Of a DNA stretch of 64,000 nt, positions 1 to 10,733 are shown piece by piece. The DNA comes from Epithemia pelagica (lineage: Eukaryota; Protista; Bacillariophyta). How positions within the stretch are numbered: the first letter of the stretch is position 1; the number at the start of each line of letters is the position of its first letter. The notes under the pieces are model-generated. The model was not told the DNA's origin. It searched no databases and saw nothing but the letters and a program-made list of their open reading frames with translations. The DNA lies in contig OX337229.1 of the NCBI GenBank assembly GCA_946965045.2, forward strand, positions 1,178,001 to 1,242,000, read 5' to 3'. The translations under genes were made by a program, and so were the position numbers.

Positions 1-206
1 GTAGAAGTAGTGTAGTCTAATGTATATGGATTATTGTAAAAAGCGATCTTAGATCTTAGCATCGTATCGTGGCCTAAAAGTAGTGTAGTCGTATGCTTTA
101 CCTATTATTGTACAAGTACTCTCCTTTTGGTCTTGATGAGTCCACCTAAACAGCAGGGTCATTTTTTGCCCCCGTCGGCACCGCCAACCATCTCTCTCCT
201 GGAAGC

Positions 207-2021
207 ATGACAATGGCGAATAAAGGTCGACACAGCCGGTCCCCCCTCGTCTATCGTGGCAAGAATCACAACGGGCTGTCGCAACTGCCACCGGTCCGAA
301 CTGGGACGCCACGATGTCCTTCTCGAGTAGTTTCCGAACGGAAGGTTCGCCAATCATGCAGTCGTCTCTCCTTGCTCATTGTGACGGTGTTACTTGCCTT
401 CGTGGTTGTGACAGTGTCACGAATTTTCGTAGTTCACAGTCCTCCTGGCAATCCAGCACAGCCCCATTCACTCATAGATGGAGCCTCGAAGAAAAAGGAC
501 ATGATCCTGACTCCTGCAGCATATCCACCACCAGCGAATACCAAAAAGTCCTTGCCACCACCACCGAGACCCCTGCAACCGCCCACGCCCTTCGACTACG
601 ACGGTATTCCCGATCTCCGTCATAGTAGCAGCTCCTCCGCTGCAGACTCATTTGGCTCCAACCTTGTTGTTCGATCTCGTCGCAAGCAGTTTACGGCCGT
701 CCCCGAACAAGCCTTGCATCATGTCGTCGTGCCCGAAGGCAAGGCAGACTCAACGATTCGAAGAATTTTTCGTGAGCAATTAGGTTGGATCGAAGTGCAG
801 AAGAAAATCGCGGATAATTCTACTGCTGTAGCAGCTGTAGCAGATACTGCAACGATGTTTCAGGAATGGTACCATCAAGCACATATCTACTTTCGATTCC
901 GGAAAAAAGGCAAGGACAAACACTTGGGACGACTGCAGCCCTATCAACGTTATAGTCGAATTCCTTCCTACTCGAATCGATGGGAAAGTAAGGATCGATT
1001 TTTGAACGGATTCCGGGAGTATGCAAAAGAACAAAGCACTGTCACCGGCAGAAGTACGGAGGATATATTGTGGTTTCTCCCTCAAACGTATCGGTTGACT
1101 GAGGACGAGGCGGATCGGCAGGCCTTTGTCGATCGCTTGGCGAGTCCTGGTGGGATGGATCAACCATGGGTACTCAAGCAGGTCAACCTTAACAATGGAA
1201 GAGGCATCGAGATGCTCCCGCCTCATTCAGAGGCACTCGAAACTGCCGTCGATCGGGTGGTGGCCAACAGAGGTGCCACCTTTATCGTGCAGCAGTACAT
1301 TTGCAACGAAATGACCTGGTTCAAGGGGCAGAAGTTTGACCTACGAATGTACTGGCTGGTGGCCAGTGTCGATCCGCTGATTGTCTTGTTCGAAGACGGC
1401 TACGTTCGTGCTGGAGCAACTTCCTATGACGAGCAAAGTTGGAACTCGACGGGTCAGCATTTGACCAACCACAACTTTCGAGGGGAGGATCTCGATGTCA
1501 CTCACAGACACTTGTGGAAACGAGTGCAAGAGCATTACGATCAACACCGAGAACAATTCCAAAGTGACGAATATGGAAACATTATGGATCCTGTCCTCCA
1601 TGTTCGAAACCAAATGAAAGCAGCAATAGGGCAATTGGCGGAGGCATTCAAGCCCGACATGTACGAGCAAGCCATGGCAAGTGACTGCAAGGTAGAAAAT
1701 TTCTTTGCCTTTTACGGCTGCGATTTTATCTTGGATGCCGATTTGAATGTGTGGTTCATTGAGGCGCAAGCTTCTCCTGGAATCGGAGAGTCCAAGAAAT
1801 TCCGGACCGTTATGTGGGAACGCCTGTTCGTTCCCATGATTCGGACTGTGGAAGAGATTGCGCTGAAGCAACAGCGAGACGCAACGGCAAACATATTGCC
1901 ACTCGAGAATCTAGGTGGTTGGGAAGTGGTTTATGCGGGAGACACTGCGTTTGAGTACAAGGGATATAAAAGGCGGAAACAGCATGTTCGATCCTGTAAG
2001 ATGCCAACGGCTACGAAATGA
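207..2021 (+). CDS. Tubulin-tyrosine ligase (TTL)-family ATP-grasp protein with an N-terminal transmembrane anchor
   Basis: 604-aa ORF with TTL motifs WVLKQVNLNNGRGI, FIVQQYI, KFDLRMYWLV, HLTNH and FYGCDFILDADLNVWFIE; hydrophobic segment LSLLIVTVLLAFVVVTVSRIFVV near residue 55. Confidence 0.85.
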   Translation: MTMANKGRHSRSPLVYRGKNHNGLSQLPPVRTGTPRCPSRVVSERKVRQSCSRLSLLIVTVLLAFVVVTVSRIFVVHSPPGNPAQPHSLIDGASKKKDMILTPAAYPPPANTKKSLPPPPRPLQPPTPFDYDGIPDLRHSSSSSAADSFGSNLVVRSRRKQFTAVPEQALHHVVVPEGKADSTIRRIFREQLGWIEVQKKIADNSTAVAAVADTATMFQEWYHQAHIYFRFRKKGKDKHLGRLQPYQRYSRIPSYSNRWESKDRFLNGFREYAKEQSTVTGRSTEDILWFLPQTYRLTEDEADRQAFVDRLASPGGMDQPWVLKQVNLNNGRGIEMLPPHSEALETAVDRVVANRGATFIVQQYICNEMTWFKGQKFDLRMYWLVASVDPLIVLFEDGYVRAGATSYDEQSWNSTGQHLTNHNFRGEDLDVTHRHLWKRVQEHYDQHREQFQSDEYGNIMDPVLHVRNQMKAAIGQLAEAFKPDMYEQAMASDCKVENFFAFYGCDFILDADLNVWFIEAQASPGIGESKKFRTVMWERLFVPMIRTVEEIALKQQRDATANILPLENLGGWEVVYAGDTAFEYKGYKRRKQHVRSCKMPTATK

Positions 2022-2080
2022 TCATAATGATGATAATTGTCATGGTTGTTCGTGTGGATACCAGTTCGTAAAAAGATTTC

Positions 2081-2379
2081 TCAGAAGGTATCATAACAGC
2101 GTCAACTGGATGTAGTAGCACATTCCTCGATGTTAACCATTGCAAACTAAGTGGTGTGTCGAGAACAAGTTTCGTTGCAACGAGATTCCTTATTGCTTAC
2201 TCCTTCTATTTTCAGTTGCGGGGTATGCGTTCGACGATTCGCTCAGAGTTGGCTACTATTGGATTGTAAGAAACCAGTGGTCTGAATATTGGGGCGTGTC
2301 CGGATACGGTTATGTTGCGATGGGTTATAACACATGCGGTATTTTAAATGACATGATGCAAGCAAATGCTGAGCACTAA
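2081..2379 (+). pseudogene. 3' remnant of a papain-family (C1A) cysteine protease, two exons (2081-2150, 2216-2379)
   Basis: Removing a GT-AG intron at 2151-2215 gives SEGIITASTGCSSTFLDVNHCKLIAGY...YYWIVRNQWSEYWGVSGYGYVAMGYNTCGI, containing the catalytic His and Asn motifs. There is an in-frame TAA at 2069-2071 and no upstream region containing the catalytic Cys. Confidence 0.7.
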
Positions 2380-2515
2380 AGGATCATGTCTACAGGAGTC
2401 TTGTACCTGAATTCAGAAACTCAAATGGCCCAATCCAGGATTCTAAGCAAGACACCAACAGAGATGGATGCTACATGTATTTAACGCTCGCGTCCCTTTT
2501 TTGGACCAGCCATGA

Positions 2516-5500
2516 CTATGCTTCATAACTTGTGTCGAGCGTAATTCGCTCATTGGTCACAAGCTTGTTGGTGTAAACACCGGAGCTTCCCCAGACAAAA
2601 TTACCTTTGTTTGAACTACTGTAATGCGTCAACTCTTTCCTTTTGCGATGTTGTTGTCGTACTAGTTCAGCTGCTGTAGGGTTGCTTACTTCTCGAGCTT
2701 TCTTTTCGACACCACTCAAATCAGTTGATGCCACAATTGTGCTGCGTTCCGGATCTGATATTCTAAAACTTCCGATGTCGTACTTGTCAACGACCATTAT
2801 GAGTGCGTCTCCGTGATCTCTTTTCCCTCCGAACTCAAGGTCATCCAGTCCCATCCAACCAGTGTCAATTTTTTCCAACGAGGATTTACCAAGTGCCTCG
2901 TTGACAGCAACTCCCAGTCCACAAGGTCCCGAAAGAAGCAACAAGGTTTGAAGCCGAACCTTCCACATATCCAAGAAGAATCCATGATTTGGCAGTGGCA
3001 GGCGCTGCCCATGTCCATGTCTATCACCGCGACATAAATCACGCTCCATATCAAATACATCGGCACGATCCAGAATGAGATTAACCAGCCGTTCTACAGC
3101 ACGAACAATGAAGGGGTGTCCCGGCGAGGCCCCGATCAGGCCGTTCCAGAGGCAAAATGGTTCCCCGGCAAACTCTGCAACCACATCACGTGGTGCGAAA
3201 AAACTTAACGAAGGAGAAATGAATTGGTCAAGGTTTGTTTCCAGCAGAATATCCACATCAGCATAGATTCCACCTTCCCTCATGAGAATGAGATATCGAA
3301 AGAGATCAGCTTTGAAAGCTCCTGGTATGAGAGCATCAAAGGCATCGACGAACCGTGACGGAAAATGATCAAGGATATAGGCACGGGCTGTCTCATCTGT
3401 GTAGAGCTGATACTTCCAACCAGTGTTTTTCCAAGAGTTTTGCAATCTTGCGAGCTGGGGATAGCGATCAAGAGTGACATCTTCAAACCAAGTTTGGTGA
3501 ATGAGCTTGGGAATTGCTGTTCCTGATTGAAAGTCAGGGCCATGTCCACCTACTTGCACTTGTATATGGACTGGTTTCTTTTCGGGAATGTCTGGTCCAT
3601 TGCAGACCAATTCAGAATATCCAGCTGGGCAAAATCGAGTACAACGTTCCATGCGACCATATTGAGGGATTTTAATGCAACGCATACAAAACCAGCCTGG
3701 TTCTAACCGTTGTTCTTTCAGCTGAGACTCCAGTGTTACCTTTTCAGTTCGGTGAGCTGGCACGTTTGACGATTCCTCCGACAGTTTCACTGTGATTGCA
3801 GAAGATGGAGAGGGCCTTTCGCCGCTCCCTGCAACACGAAGAATATTGATTTCTGCCGTGATTGATTGCGAAGCATGGTTCCAATTCAGCGCAGTGACAG
3901 GTTCCGTCTCATAACTGCACGAGAAGGCTCTGGTCTGTCGGTCGCCGTGGGTCGTTCGCTGCCGAGCAAGAGTCGCTCTCGTCCAGCCAGACTCACCCGC
4001 ATGACCTGGAAGGAACCAATCCGCCAACAGTGGGTCGTACCGTACAAAACCGCTCGCATCCGCGTCCAAGGTATCCAAGTGTTTGGCCCGCATCATGCTC
4101 TCCCATTGCTTTAACATGCATAACAGAGCCGGGTGTCGCGGAGTAGCAGCCAATAACTGAATATGCTGGGTGTCGTCTACAATGGCCACTGCGGCTGGTC
4201 TTCCTCCTAGAGTTTGACTGAGTATCGGAGCATGTTCCTTCCAAAGTAAATCTTGCAATAACTGTGCATCAGATCGACCAGAATCTCCAACAAACACTCC
4301 TCCAAAGTAGTAGATGGAACACACAGCCCATAAGTTTATTCTATCCACATCGTTGTAGACCGAGCTGTCGAAGAGAGGAGAAAGTCCAGGTCTCGTGTCT
4401 TTGATCACTTGTCGCATTTCAAGCTCATCAAACAGGAGTTGTTGGTATCGTTTCGATTTTCCTGGCCGAGGGGCTTGCCATCCAAACTTTTCATCGGGAA
4501 CGAAAATGACGGACGGAATTGTACATGAAGTGGTGTTGTGGATTTCTAGTTTGCCAACCTGTTCTCGAACGGTATCTTTCAAGGACACCGTCGAATTAGG
4601 TGACGAGACTCTTGGAGGATGATTTTTCACGCAGGCACGAAACGACGCATTGGCGTGTTGTTCTAGGTGGGAGAGTCTGTGAGCGCGTTCTTCTCGACGC
4701 ACCAAGAGTTCTCGGATCGCGGCTTGTGAATCGAGTTTGAGGACACTAAAGGAGGATCGATCGGTCGGCACTCCAGGTGGCAATACAATGCCCAGCGAGT
4801 CCAACAAGTGTTGCTGTTTCGCCTGAACTTGATCGAAACGTTGCAAATAGCCCCATTTTTCAATCCGTTGTCCAAATTGCCCACCGTGATTATTGTGTTT
4901 TCCAAAATAATCGTAGCGCCACTTCCATATTCGACTGGGTCGTAGAATAAATGGAATGGCAAACAAGATGCAGTATACAAGGCGGCGATTCTTCTGGCAC
5001 CATATCCAGGCTCGTTTCCAGTTGTTGGGATCGGCGCAGTAACTCAAACAGATCCAGAATCGTTTTTGACAGTTCGATACGGAAATATTCGAAACTAACG
5101 ACTGACGGTGATGGGACGTGGACCCGGCTCGTCGTTGTTTGGAGGGGTGGTTGTTGGATGCATCAGTCGCCAAGAATGAAAGAGATCCAACGGCGGATGG
5201 AGCTTCTTCATCCGAGGATGTCGCTGTTATCGATGGGGAGGATGCAGCGGTAGCCGACGACGACGATGCATGATGATGATGCGTTCTCTGTCGAATACGA
5301 TGGCGTCGATCGAGTGTGCTGCCAGTGGACCACTCTTCTTGGCTTGAATTGTTCTTGCTGCTGCCTATGGTGATGTCATTGCTGTTCGTCATTGAGCTGG
5401 TGGTGCTGTTTCGAATCGACTCTCTAGATGAGCGATGTGGTCGGCGATACGTTGCCAAGGATTCCACAGATGGTCCTTCATCATCTGTTTTGGTATTGTC

Positions 5501-5554
5501 CTTGCTATTGCTCCGATGAATACCAATGGATCGACCCCATATGTGCATGGGCAT
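2516..5554 (-). CDS. Type II membrane glycosyltransferase, GT32/OCH1-like DxD family
   Basis: ~1010-aa ORF with IPKLIHQTW and GAFKADLFRYLILMREGGIYADVD motifs and a TM segment LVYCILFAIPFIL; first ATG at 5554. Confidence 0.85.
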   Translation of the reverse strand: MPMHIWGRSIGIHRSNSKDNTKTDDEGPSVESLATYRRPHRSSRESIRNSTTSSMTNSNDITIGSSKNNSSQEEWSTGSTLDRRHRIRQRTHHHHASSSSATAASSPSITATSSDEEAPSAVGSLSFLATDASNNHPSKQRRAGSTSHHRQSLVSNISVSNCQKRFWICLSYCADPNNWKRAWIWCQKNRRLVYCILFAIPFILRPSRIWKWRYDYFGKHNNHGGQFGQRIEKWGYLQRFDQVQAKQQHLLDSLGIVLPPGVPTDRSSFSVLKLDSQAAIRELLVRREERAHRLSHLEQHANASFRACVKNHPPRVSSPNSTVSLKDTVREQVGKLEIHNTTSCTIPSVIFVPDEKFGWQAPRPGKSKRYQQLLFDELEMRQVIKDTRPGLSPLFDSSVYNDVDRINLWAVCSIYYFGGVFVGDSGRSDAQLLQDLLWKEHAPILSQTLGGRPAAVAIVDDTQHIQLLAATPRHPALLCMLKQWESMMRAKHLDTLDADASGFVRYDPLLADWFLPGHAGESGWTRATLARQRTTHGDRQTRAFSCSYETEPVTALNWNHASQSITAEINILRVAGSGERPSPSSAITVKLSEESSNVPAHRTEKVTLESQLKEQRLEPGWFCMRCIKIPQYGRMERCTRFCPAGYSELVCNGPDIPEKKPVHIQVQVGGHGPDFQSGTAIPKLIHQTWFEDVTLDRYPQLARLQNSWKNTGWKYQLYTDETARAYILDHFPSRFVDAFDALIPGAFKADLFRYLILMREGGIYADVDILLETNLDQFISPSLSFFAPRDVVAEFAGEPFCLWNGLIGASPGHPFIVRAVERLVNLILDRADVFDMERDLCRGDRHGHGQRLPLPNHGFFLDMWKVRLQTLLLLSGPCGLGVAVNEALGKSSLEKIDTGWMGLDDLEFGGKRDHGDALIMVVDKYDIGSFRISDPERSTIVASTDLSGVEKKAREVSNPTAAELVRQQHRKRKELTHYSSSNKGNFVWGSSGVYTNKLVTNERITLDTSYEA

Positions 5555-5906
5555 GGCCACCTTCGTTAAAATGGGTCTCAAATGCGGCAATGTCCAAATC
5601 AAACTTCCACTTTCTGGTTTCTCCGTCGGAGCTTACGAACAATGACGGTGAAGCGGTGAGTACAAAAGAAGCAACGAGTGGGATAGCGATGATGAAAGCA
5701 TCGTTGTCCTAGAGCGGTAGAAGCGAGAAGGACACAAAAAATCACTCTCCAGTAGTCCAACACATATTTGTTCAGTAAAAATGGTTGAATTTTCGATGAT
5801 GGGACGGCTAGGATTTTCCCGGAAATTTGATCTACCTGGTCTATGATTCTAAGTACGCTTGTTGAAGGGGTGCTCATTTTTCTTGTTTGGCACATCATCA
5901 ACGGAC

Positions 5907-7064
5907 ATGAAGAAGAAGTGTTGCGTCGCCACATCCATGCACCACAACTCTGGATTGATCCTTCTTCTCCTGACTGTATTAGCGTTCAGTTCTCTGCACG
6001 AGCCAACTTGCATGTTCGGACGAGGGACATGGTTCGCAGCTGGATTCAATACAGGGCTCCTCACAAGAAGGGTGCATCCACGAGACCCGGCTTTCTGTCA
6101 AACAACTAGAACCGCAACTAGACACTTTGGAACAAAGCGATTCCAAACGCAAAAGCTTCATATAACCGCCACCGCCATGTCCTCATCGGTCTTGGAATTG
6201 GAGCAAAAATTTGTCATTTCTCCCAATGCAACGAACGAACGGTTGCATGCATTGGGCTTTCATCCTACCAAAGATCGTCACATGGTTGATTGGTATTTTG
6301 ATTTTCAGTCCTTGTCCTATCCACTTGTCCGACGGGATACATGGCTGAGATACCGACATGCACTCGACATGGATGACGACGGTGGCGACGACAATCATAA
6401 GAACAGGATGCAACAGGGACAATGGGAACTAAAGCGTGGACCGCAAGACCAGGGAGGCGATTCCGTCAATGCTGTCAACGACACGACAGTGTATGAGGAA
6501 ATTGCGGGTAACAATGCCCTGGAGATTGTTCGCAACATGTTCCATTCGTGGGAGGACAAGGACCCTTCCGAATCTCCGACACGGGAAGAGTATACGGCTC
6601 GGCTTGTTCGAGAATTTACATCTGCCGTTCCACTACCAGAAGATACTCTGCCTGGATTAATTCCGTTTGCTCGTATTGTGACGCATCGATCGAGTTGGAA
6701 AGTCGAGGAGAGCAATAACGACGAAGCATTCTCCAAATATGCGGGCGTCTCGGTGGATTTGGACCAAACCGATTTTGGATACAATGTCGGAGAAGTTGAA
6801 GTCGTGGTTCCTACGTCCTCCAACGACGACGACAACAGCAAGGATGCGAGTAGTAGTGCTGTTCGTGACGCCAAACGGTTGATTCAAGAGCTCATTGATC
6901 TCCTATCTAGTGCTCCGGCCCCAGGGTCAGCTGGAGAAGCATCCAGTAGCATGGACCAAACAGAAGCAAAAGCAGTTGTTGCCAAGGGAAAGCTGGAATA
7001 CTTTCTGCAAACGCAAAGACCAGAGGTGTATTCGATCCTAGAAGAAGTGGGCCTAGCGCGTTAA
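5907..7064 (+). CDS. CYTH-domain protein, thiamine-triphosphatase-like
   Basis: Motifs LELEQKF, DWYFD...DTWLRYR, WELKR, VDLDQTDFGYNVGEVE and GKLEYFL; start codon uncertain (5907, 5937 or 6177). Confidence 0.8.
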   Translation: MKKKCCVATSMHHNSGLILLLLTVLAFSSLHEPTCMFGRGTWFAAGFNTGLLTRRVHPRDPAFCQTTRTATRHFGTKRFQTQKLHITATAMSSSVLELEQKFVISPNATNERLHALGFHPTKDRHMVDWYFDFQSLSYPLVRRDTWLRYRHALDMDDDGGDDNHKNRMQQGQWELKRGPQDQGGDSVNAVNDTTVYEEIAGNNALEIVRNMFHSWEDKDPSESPTREEYTARLVREFTSAVPLPEDTLPGLIPFARIVTHRSSWKVEESNNDEAFSKYAGVSVDLDQTDFGYNVGEVEVVVPTSSNDDDNSKDASSSAVRDAKRLIQELIDLLSSAPAPGSAGEASSSMDQTEAKAVVAKGKLEYFLQTQRPEVYSILEEVGLAR

Positions 7065-7266
7065 TTGGTCGACTCTTCACCATACTCTAGAGCAAAATCC
7101 TCAACTAGAGGAATACGCTACTGCGACTATGCGAAAATGTCGTCGTTTTTGGCTGCTTCCGAGTGATTCATTTACCGAAGGACGGCCAGACGTGCAATCC
7201 TCCTGGCCAACGAAATGGCACATCCATCCAACATCCAAGTCTCCCTGCGGTGTTTTCTTTTGAAAA

Positions 7267-8730
7267 ATGGCCCTGTGTGCCGTCAAGTGCTCGGATCAGC
7301 CTTTGGACATTTCATTCCATCCACAAAGACCCCATATTGTCGCGGCAGGTCTTGTTGATGGAACCGTCGAAGTTCATGACTTTGAAGAAATATTGGATGA
7401 TTCACCGACACCCAAGCTTGGTGATGCTGACGATGATGACGATGAAATCGACACCATTCTTTCGAGTTCACCCGTTCATACAAGATTAATATTGTCCAAA
7501 TCCTCCGAGTCTGGCATGAGAAAAGCAGTATGTCGGGCCGTTCAATTTTCCTCGAATGGCAGCGTCTTGTACACGGGAGGGAGCGACGGTGATTTAGTCG
7601 GTCTCGACGCGTCGCGGATTTCAACCTTTGACATGTCGTCCAATCTCAAAAATGTTACCAAATGGAGGTGTTCCAATGCGACATATGGAAAATCAGGTAT
7701 ACAGGTGATTCATGAATTTCAGCAACCACCAGACGATTCCAGTGACAACAACATCAACAACAACACTGTCGTGAGGGAACCCGAGGAACCCCTTCGTACC
7801 AACGATAACCACACACTGATTGCGACGGGAGATGAAGTCGGAGGTGTTCGACTGTGGGATGCTCGTCTCCTAAGTCAGCAACCACAACAGGAACAGTCGA
7901 CAGGTAAGCCTTCCTTGAAACGGCCTGCTGGTTGTATTCATTCCTGGAAGGTTCATGAAGACTATATTTCGGGTTTGGCCAATTCTACCGATGGCTACAC
8001 TTTGGTAGCGTCATCAGCAGACTGTACCATTAGTGCCTATGACTTGCGCATGGCCGGTCAACACAATCAACCGATTGAGAAGGTTGTTCGGAGATCCGAT
8101 GACCAAGAAGATGAGTTGCTTTCGATTCAGCTCATGAAAAATGGTCGCAAAGTTGTGTGTGGTTCTGGTGAAGGGATTCTGTCCATTTTTAGCTGGGGAA
8201 CATGGGGCGATGTGAGTGATCGGTTCCCCGGACATCCTGCGAGTGTGGATGCGCTCTTACCTGTGGACCAAGACACCTTGCTGACAGGTTCCTCCGATGG
8301 TTTGATCCGAGTTGTCCAAATTCATCCAAACAAACTGCTTGGAGTCATGGGGGATCATGAAGGCTTTCCCATTGAGAGACTAAAGTTCAACAGTAACAGA
8401 AACTTTGTTGGCTCCACAACACACGATCAAACAATACGAATTTGGGACGCACGAATTTTACAAGACAGCTACGAACATGATATGGATCACGAAATGTCGG
8501 AAGAGCCGCAAGTGGCAATCCCACAATTCTCAAGGGCAACCAAAGATGATGGTGAAGATAGCGATGACGACTGGGACGATATGGATGAAGATTTGGAGGA
8601 AGGAAATGACGTCGAGAAGGAAAGCGACGAGGACAGTGACAGTGATGCCGAGTTGACGGTCAAGACAAAGAATGATGAACGAAAGAGCCGGTTCAAGACA
8701 GAACAAGAAGATTTTTTCAAGGATCTGTGA
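7267..8730 (+). CDS. WDR55: WD40-repeat protein, WDR55/JIP5-like
   Basis: WD repeats (DISFHP...AAGLVDG, ATGDEVGGVRLWD, SDDQEDELLS, SDRFPGHPASVDAL) and an acidic C-terminal tail ending FFKDL. Confidence 0.85.
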   Translation: MALCAVKCSDQPLDISFHPQRPHIVAAGLVDGTVEVHDFEEILDDSPTPKLGDADDDDDEIDTILSSSPVHTRLILSKSSESGMRKAVCRAVQFSSNGSVLYTGGSDGDLVGLDASRISTFDMSSNLKNVTKWRCSNATYGKSGIQVIHEFQQPPDDSSDNNINNNTVVREPEEPLRTNDNHTLIATGDEVGGVRLWDARLLSQQPQQEQSTGKPSLKRPAGCIHSWKVHEDYISGLANSTDGYTLVASSADCTISAYDLRMAGQHNQPIEKVVRRSDDQEDELLSIQLMKNGRKVVCGSGEGILSIFSWGTWGDVSDRFPGHPASVDALLPVDQDTLLTGSSDGLIRVVQIHPNKLLGVMGDHEGFPIERLKFNSNRNFVGSTTHDQTIRIWDARILQDSYEHDMDHEMSEEPQVAIPQFSRATKDDGEDSDDDWDDMDEDLEEGNDVEKESDEDSDSDAELTVKTKNDERKSRFKTEQEDFFKDL

Positions 8731-8990
8731 AGCCGTCCTCTTCAGAATTTTCTGTTTTCGAATTTCGCTCACAAAACCTCTGCACGCGGTGTTGCTACAA
8801 CGCAAGCTCGTTTCGTCATGGTGCGCTGAGTGGCCTCCGAGAGGGATCGGAAGGCTGTTCTGATAAGCAAGTGTGATTTGTCAACGACCGAGTCCGACGA
8901 ACAAGAATGACACTGCCGATGCTCTCGTCCCCCAAGAACGGATATTTTGAAAACGGTTAAAGAGTTATTCAAAATTGTTGGTCCTATTGG

Positions 8991-10592
8991 TTAGGAGTAT
9001 GCGTTGGCTGGCAACTGTGCATAGCCTTTCTGACTTAGTAAAGGCAGGGCGTTGCCCATTCCTACTCGATAGACGAATTCTTGAGAATCTCCTTGACATA
9101 GAATCCATAGTAACTCTCCCGCAAACCGTTTCGTTTGACTGTGAGGCCATGTCAAGAGTTGGATCAACCCATGTCGTAGGGTACCTTCTGGGGCATCCAG
9201 GGGAGACATGTTTCTGGCTTTGGGACTCGTTTCTTGTTCGGCTGCGACAAGACCGCGAAAGTGCGGCTCTGCCTGGGGAGGAAACACTACCTGGATTGTC
9301 GATTCGCGGAATCCTTGATGACTTTGGCAGAATTTGTACAAGAGTACCAGCAGAGGTATCAAGGAAGTGGACCCAGCGTCATCCACTTTCTTGTTTTGAA
9401 GTGTTTCGGAGATTTGACGTTGCAGCAAGTTGAGGAGTGATTGGATTGTGGGATTCTTTTGTTGCAAAACTTGCGCTACTTCTTTACCCGCATCAATCAG
9501 TACCGTGACGGCTGCCATTTGGCATTGACGTATCCGGTCGTCGTCGTCGTCGTCGTCGTCGCTAGTAGCATCCAAGTTGATTATCTGGCAAATCAAGTCC
9601 ACAAGGTCGTCCTTGGTATGAATCGTTTGCCCCACTCGAATGACATAAAATGTACGCAAAATTTCTTGGACGAGCTCGGCTCGCAAATCATCCTCGTTTC
9701 CAGGAAACGGTGTGGTTCCGTCTTGGGAAGGAGAGTCTGCGAGAGCAAAGCTCAAGAGGATTTGCGATCGGTCGAGAAACGTCAGTGGATCTTTTGTTTC
9801 GGGAACCCAGTCCGATCGTTTCGCGGCATCCACAGTGATGGACAATTGTTGCAGTAACGCAATGGCGGGTGGATAAGACGCGGTGAGATTGTGCATGTTG
9901 CGTACCAAAGCGACACAGAGTGGAACGTGGTCGGTGGCGACCAACTGTTGCAGCAGCCGCGACAAACAATTGCAGTCGGTCACGAGAAACGAATAGATCG
10001 ATGCACTGTTTTCATCACTACTGGGAATGGGTTGAAAGGTACCATAAAACAATAGCAAGACGGCATTGCGTGACAGTTGAGACAGGTGAGAGGCGCCTGT
10101 CCAATGATCGAGGAGCACGAGGTACAGTTCCAACATGGGTTTGGATCGAAAGACTGCAATTTCATCTTCTCCTGATACGGATGCAGTGGACCGTTTCTGA
10201 GATGGAGTATACAATTGCAGATACCAACGCAACCAGTTTTTACAAGCTCGAAGAATTGGATCCAACACGTCCATCATATCTGGGTCCATGGCCGTGTCAG
10301 AGGATCGTTCGTTCCACTTGGAAAGCACCATCTGAGCCTGTTTCTCATGGTCACTATCATGGTATGGTGGATTGGAGGAATCGTCGTGTACCAGTGCCAG
10401 AAGAAACTTTTGATGCAGAAGTTTGGAACATGATTGAACTTGCTCCGAAGATGCCGAATCGGTCGAGGGAGGGACCGTCGAAGAAGAGGACGACTTGACA
10501 AGATTCTCGACTGTCGTATTCCATGATTCCAGCTTTTGACTTGAATTATCCGTATTTTCCAGAATGTCGATAAGATCTTTTGCTAATTCCAT
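8991..10592 (-). CDS. RIC8: Ric8/synembryn-like G-alpha GEF/chaperone
   Basis: C-terminal LIQLLT...KRFAGELLWILCQGDSQEFVYRVGMGNALPLL resembles the conserved Ric-8 C-terminus; the rest is helical, ARM-like. Confidence 0.7.
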   Translation of the reverse strand: MELAKDLIDILENTDNSSQKLESWNTTVENLVKSSSSSTVPPSTDSASSEQVQSCSKLLHQKFLLALVHDDSSNPPYHDSDHEKQAQMVLSKWNERSSDTAMDPDMMDVLDPILRACKNWLRWYLQLYTPSQKRSTASVSGEDEIAVFRSKPMLELYLVLLDHWTGASHLSQLSRNAVLLLFYGTFQPIPSSDENSASIYSFLVTDCNCLSRLLQQLVATDHVPLCVALVRNMHNLTASYPPAIALLQQLSITVDAAKRSDWVPETKDPLTFLDRSQILLSFALADSPSQDGTTPFPGNEDDLRAELVQEILRTFYVIRVGQTIHTKDDLVDLICQIINLDATSDDDDDDDDRIRQCQMAAVTVLIDAGKEVAQVLQQKNPTIQSLLNLLQRQISETLQNKKVDDAGSTSLIPLLVLLYKFCQSHQGFRESTIQVVFPPQAEPHFRGLVAAEQETSPKARNMSPLDAPEGTLRHGLIQLLTWPHSQTKRFAGELLWILCQGDSQEFVYRVGMGNALPLLSQKGYAQLPANAYS

Positions 10593-10733
10593 GGTCAATC
10601 GATCTTTGCATCTGATAGAGCCGATCCATGTAGTGTTGTTCTTAGATCAAAAAATTATGTGGAAGGACGAGGTTTTGATGGTGCTGTCTTGGTAGTGGAT
10701 GTGGGATTGTCTGTGAATCGGGAATCGCGGGGT

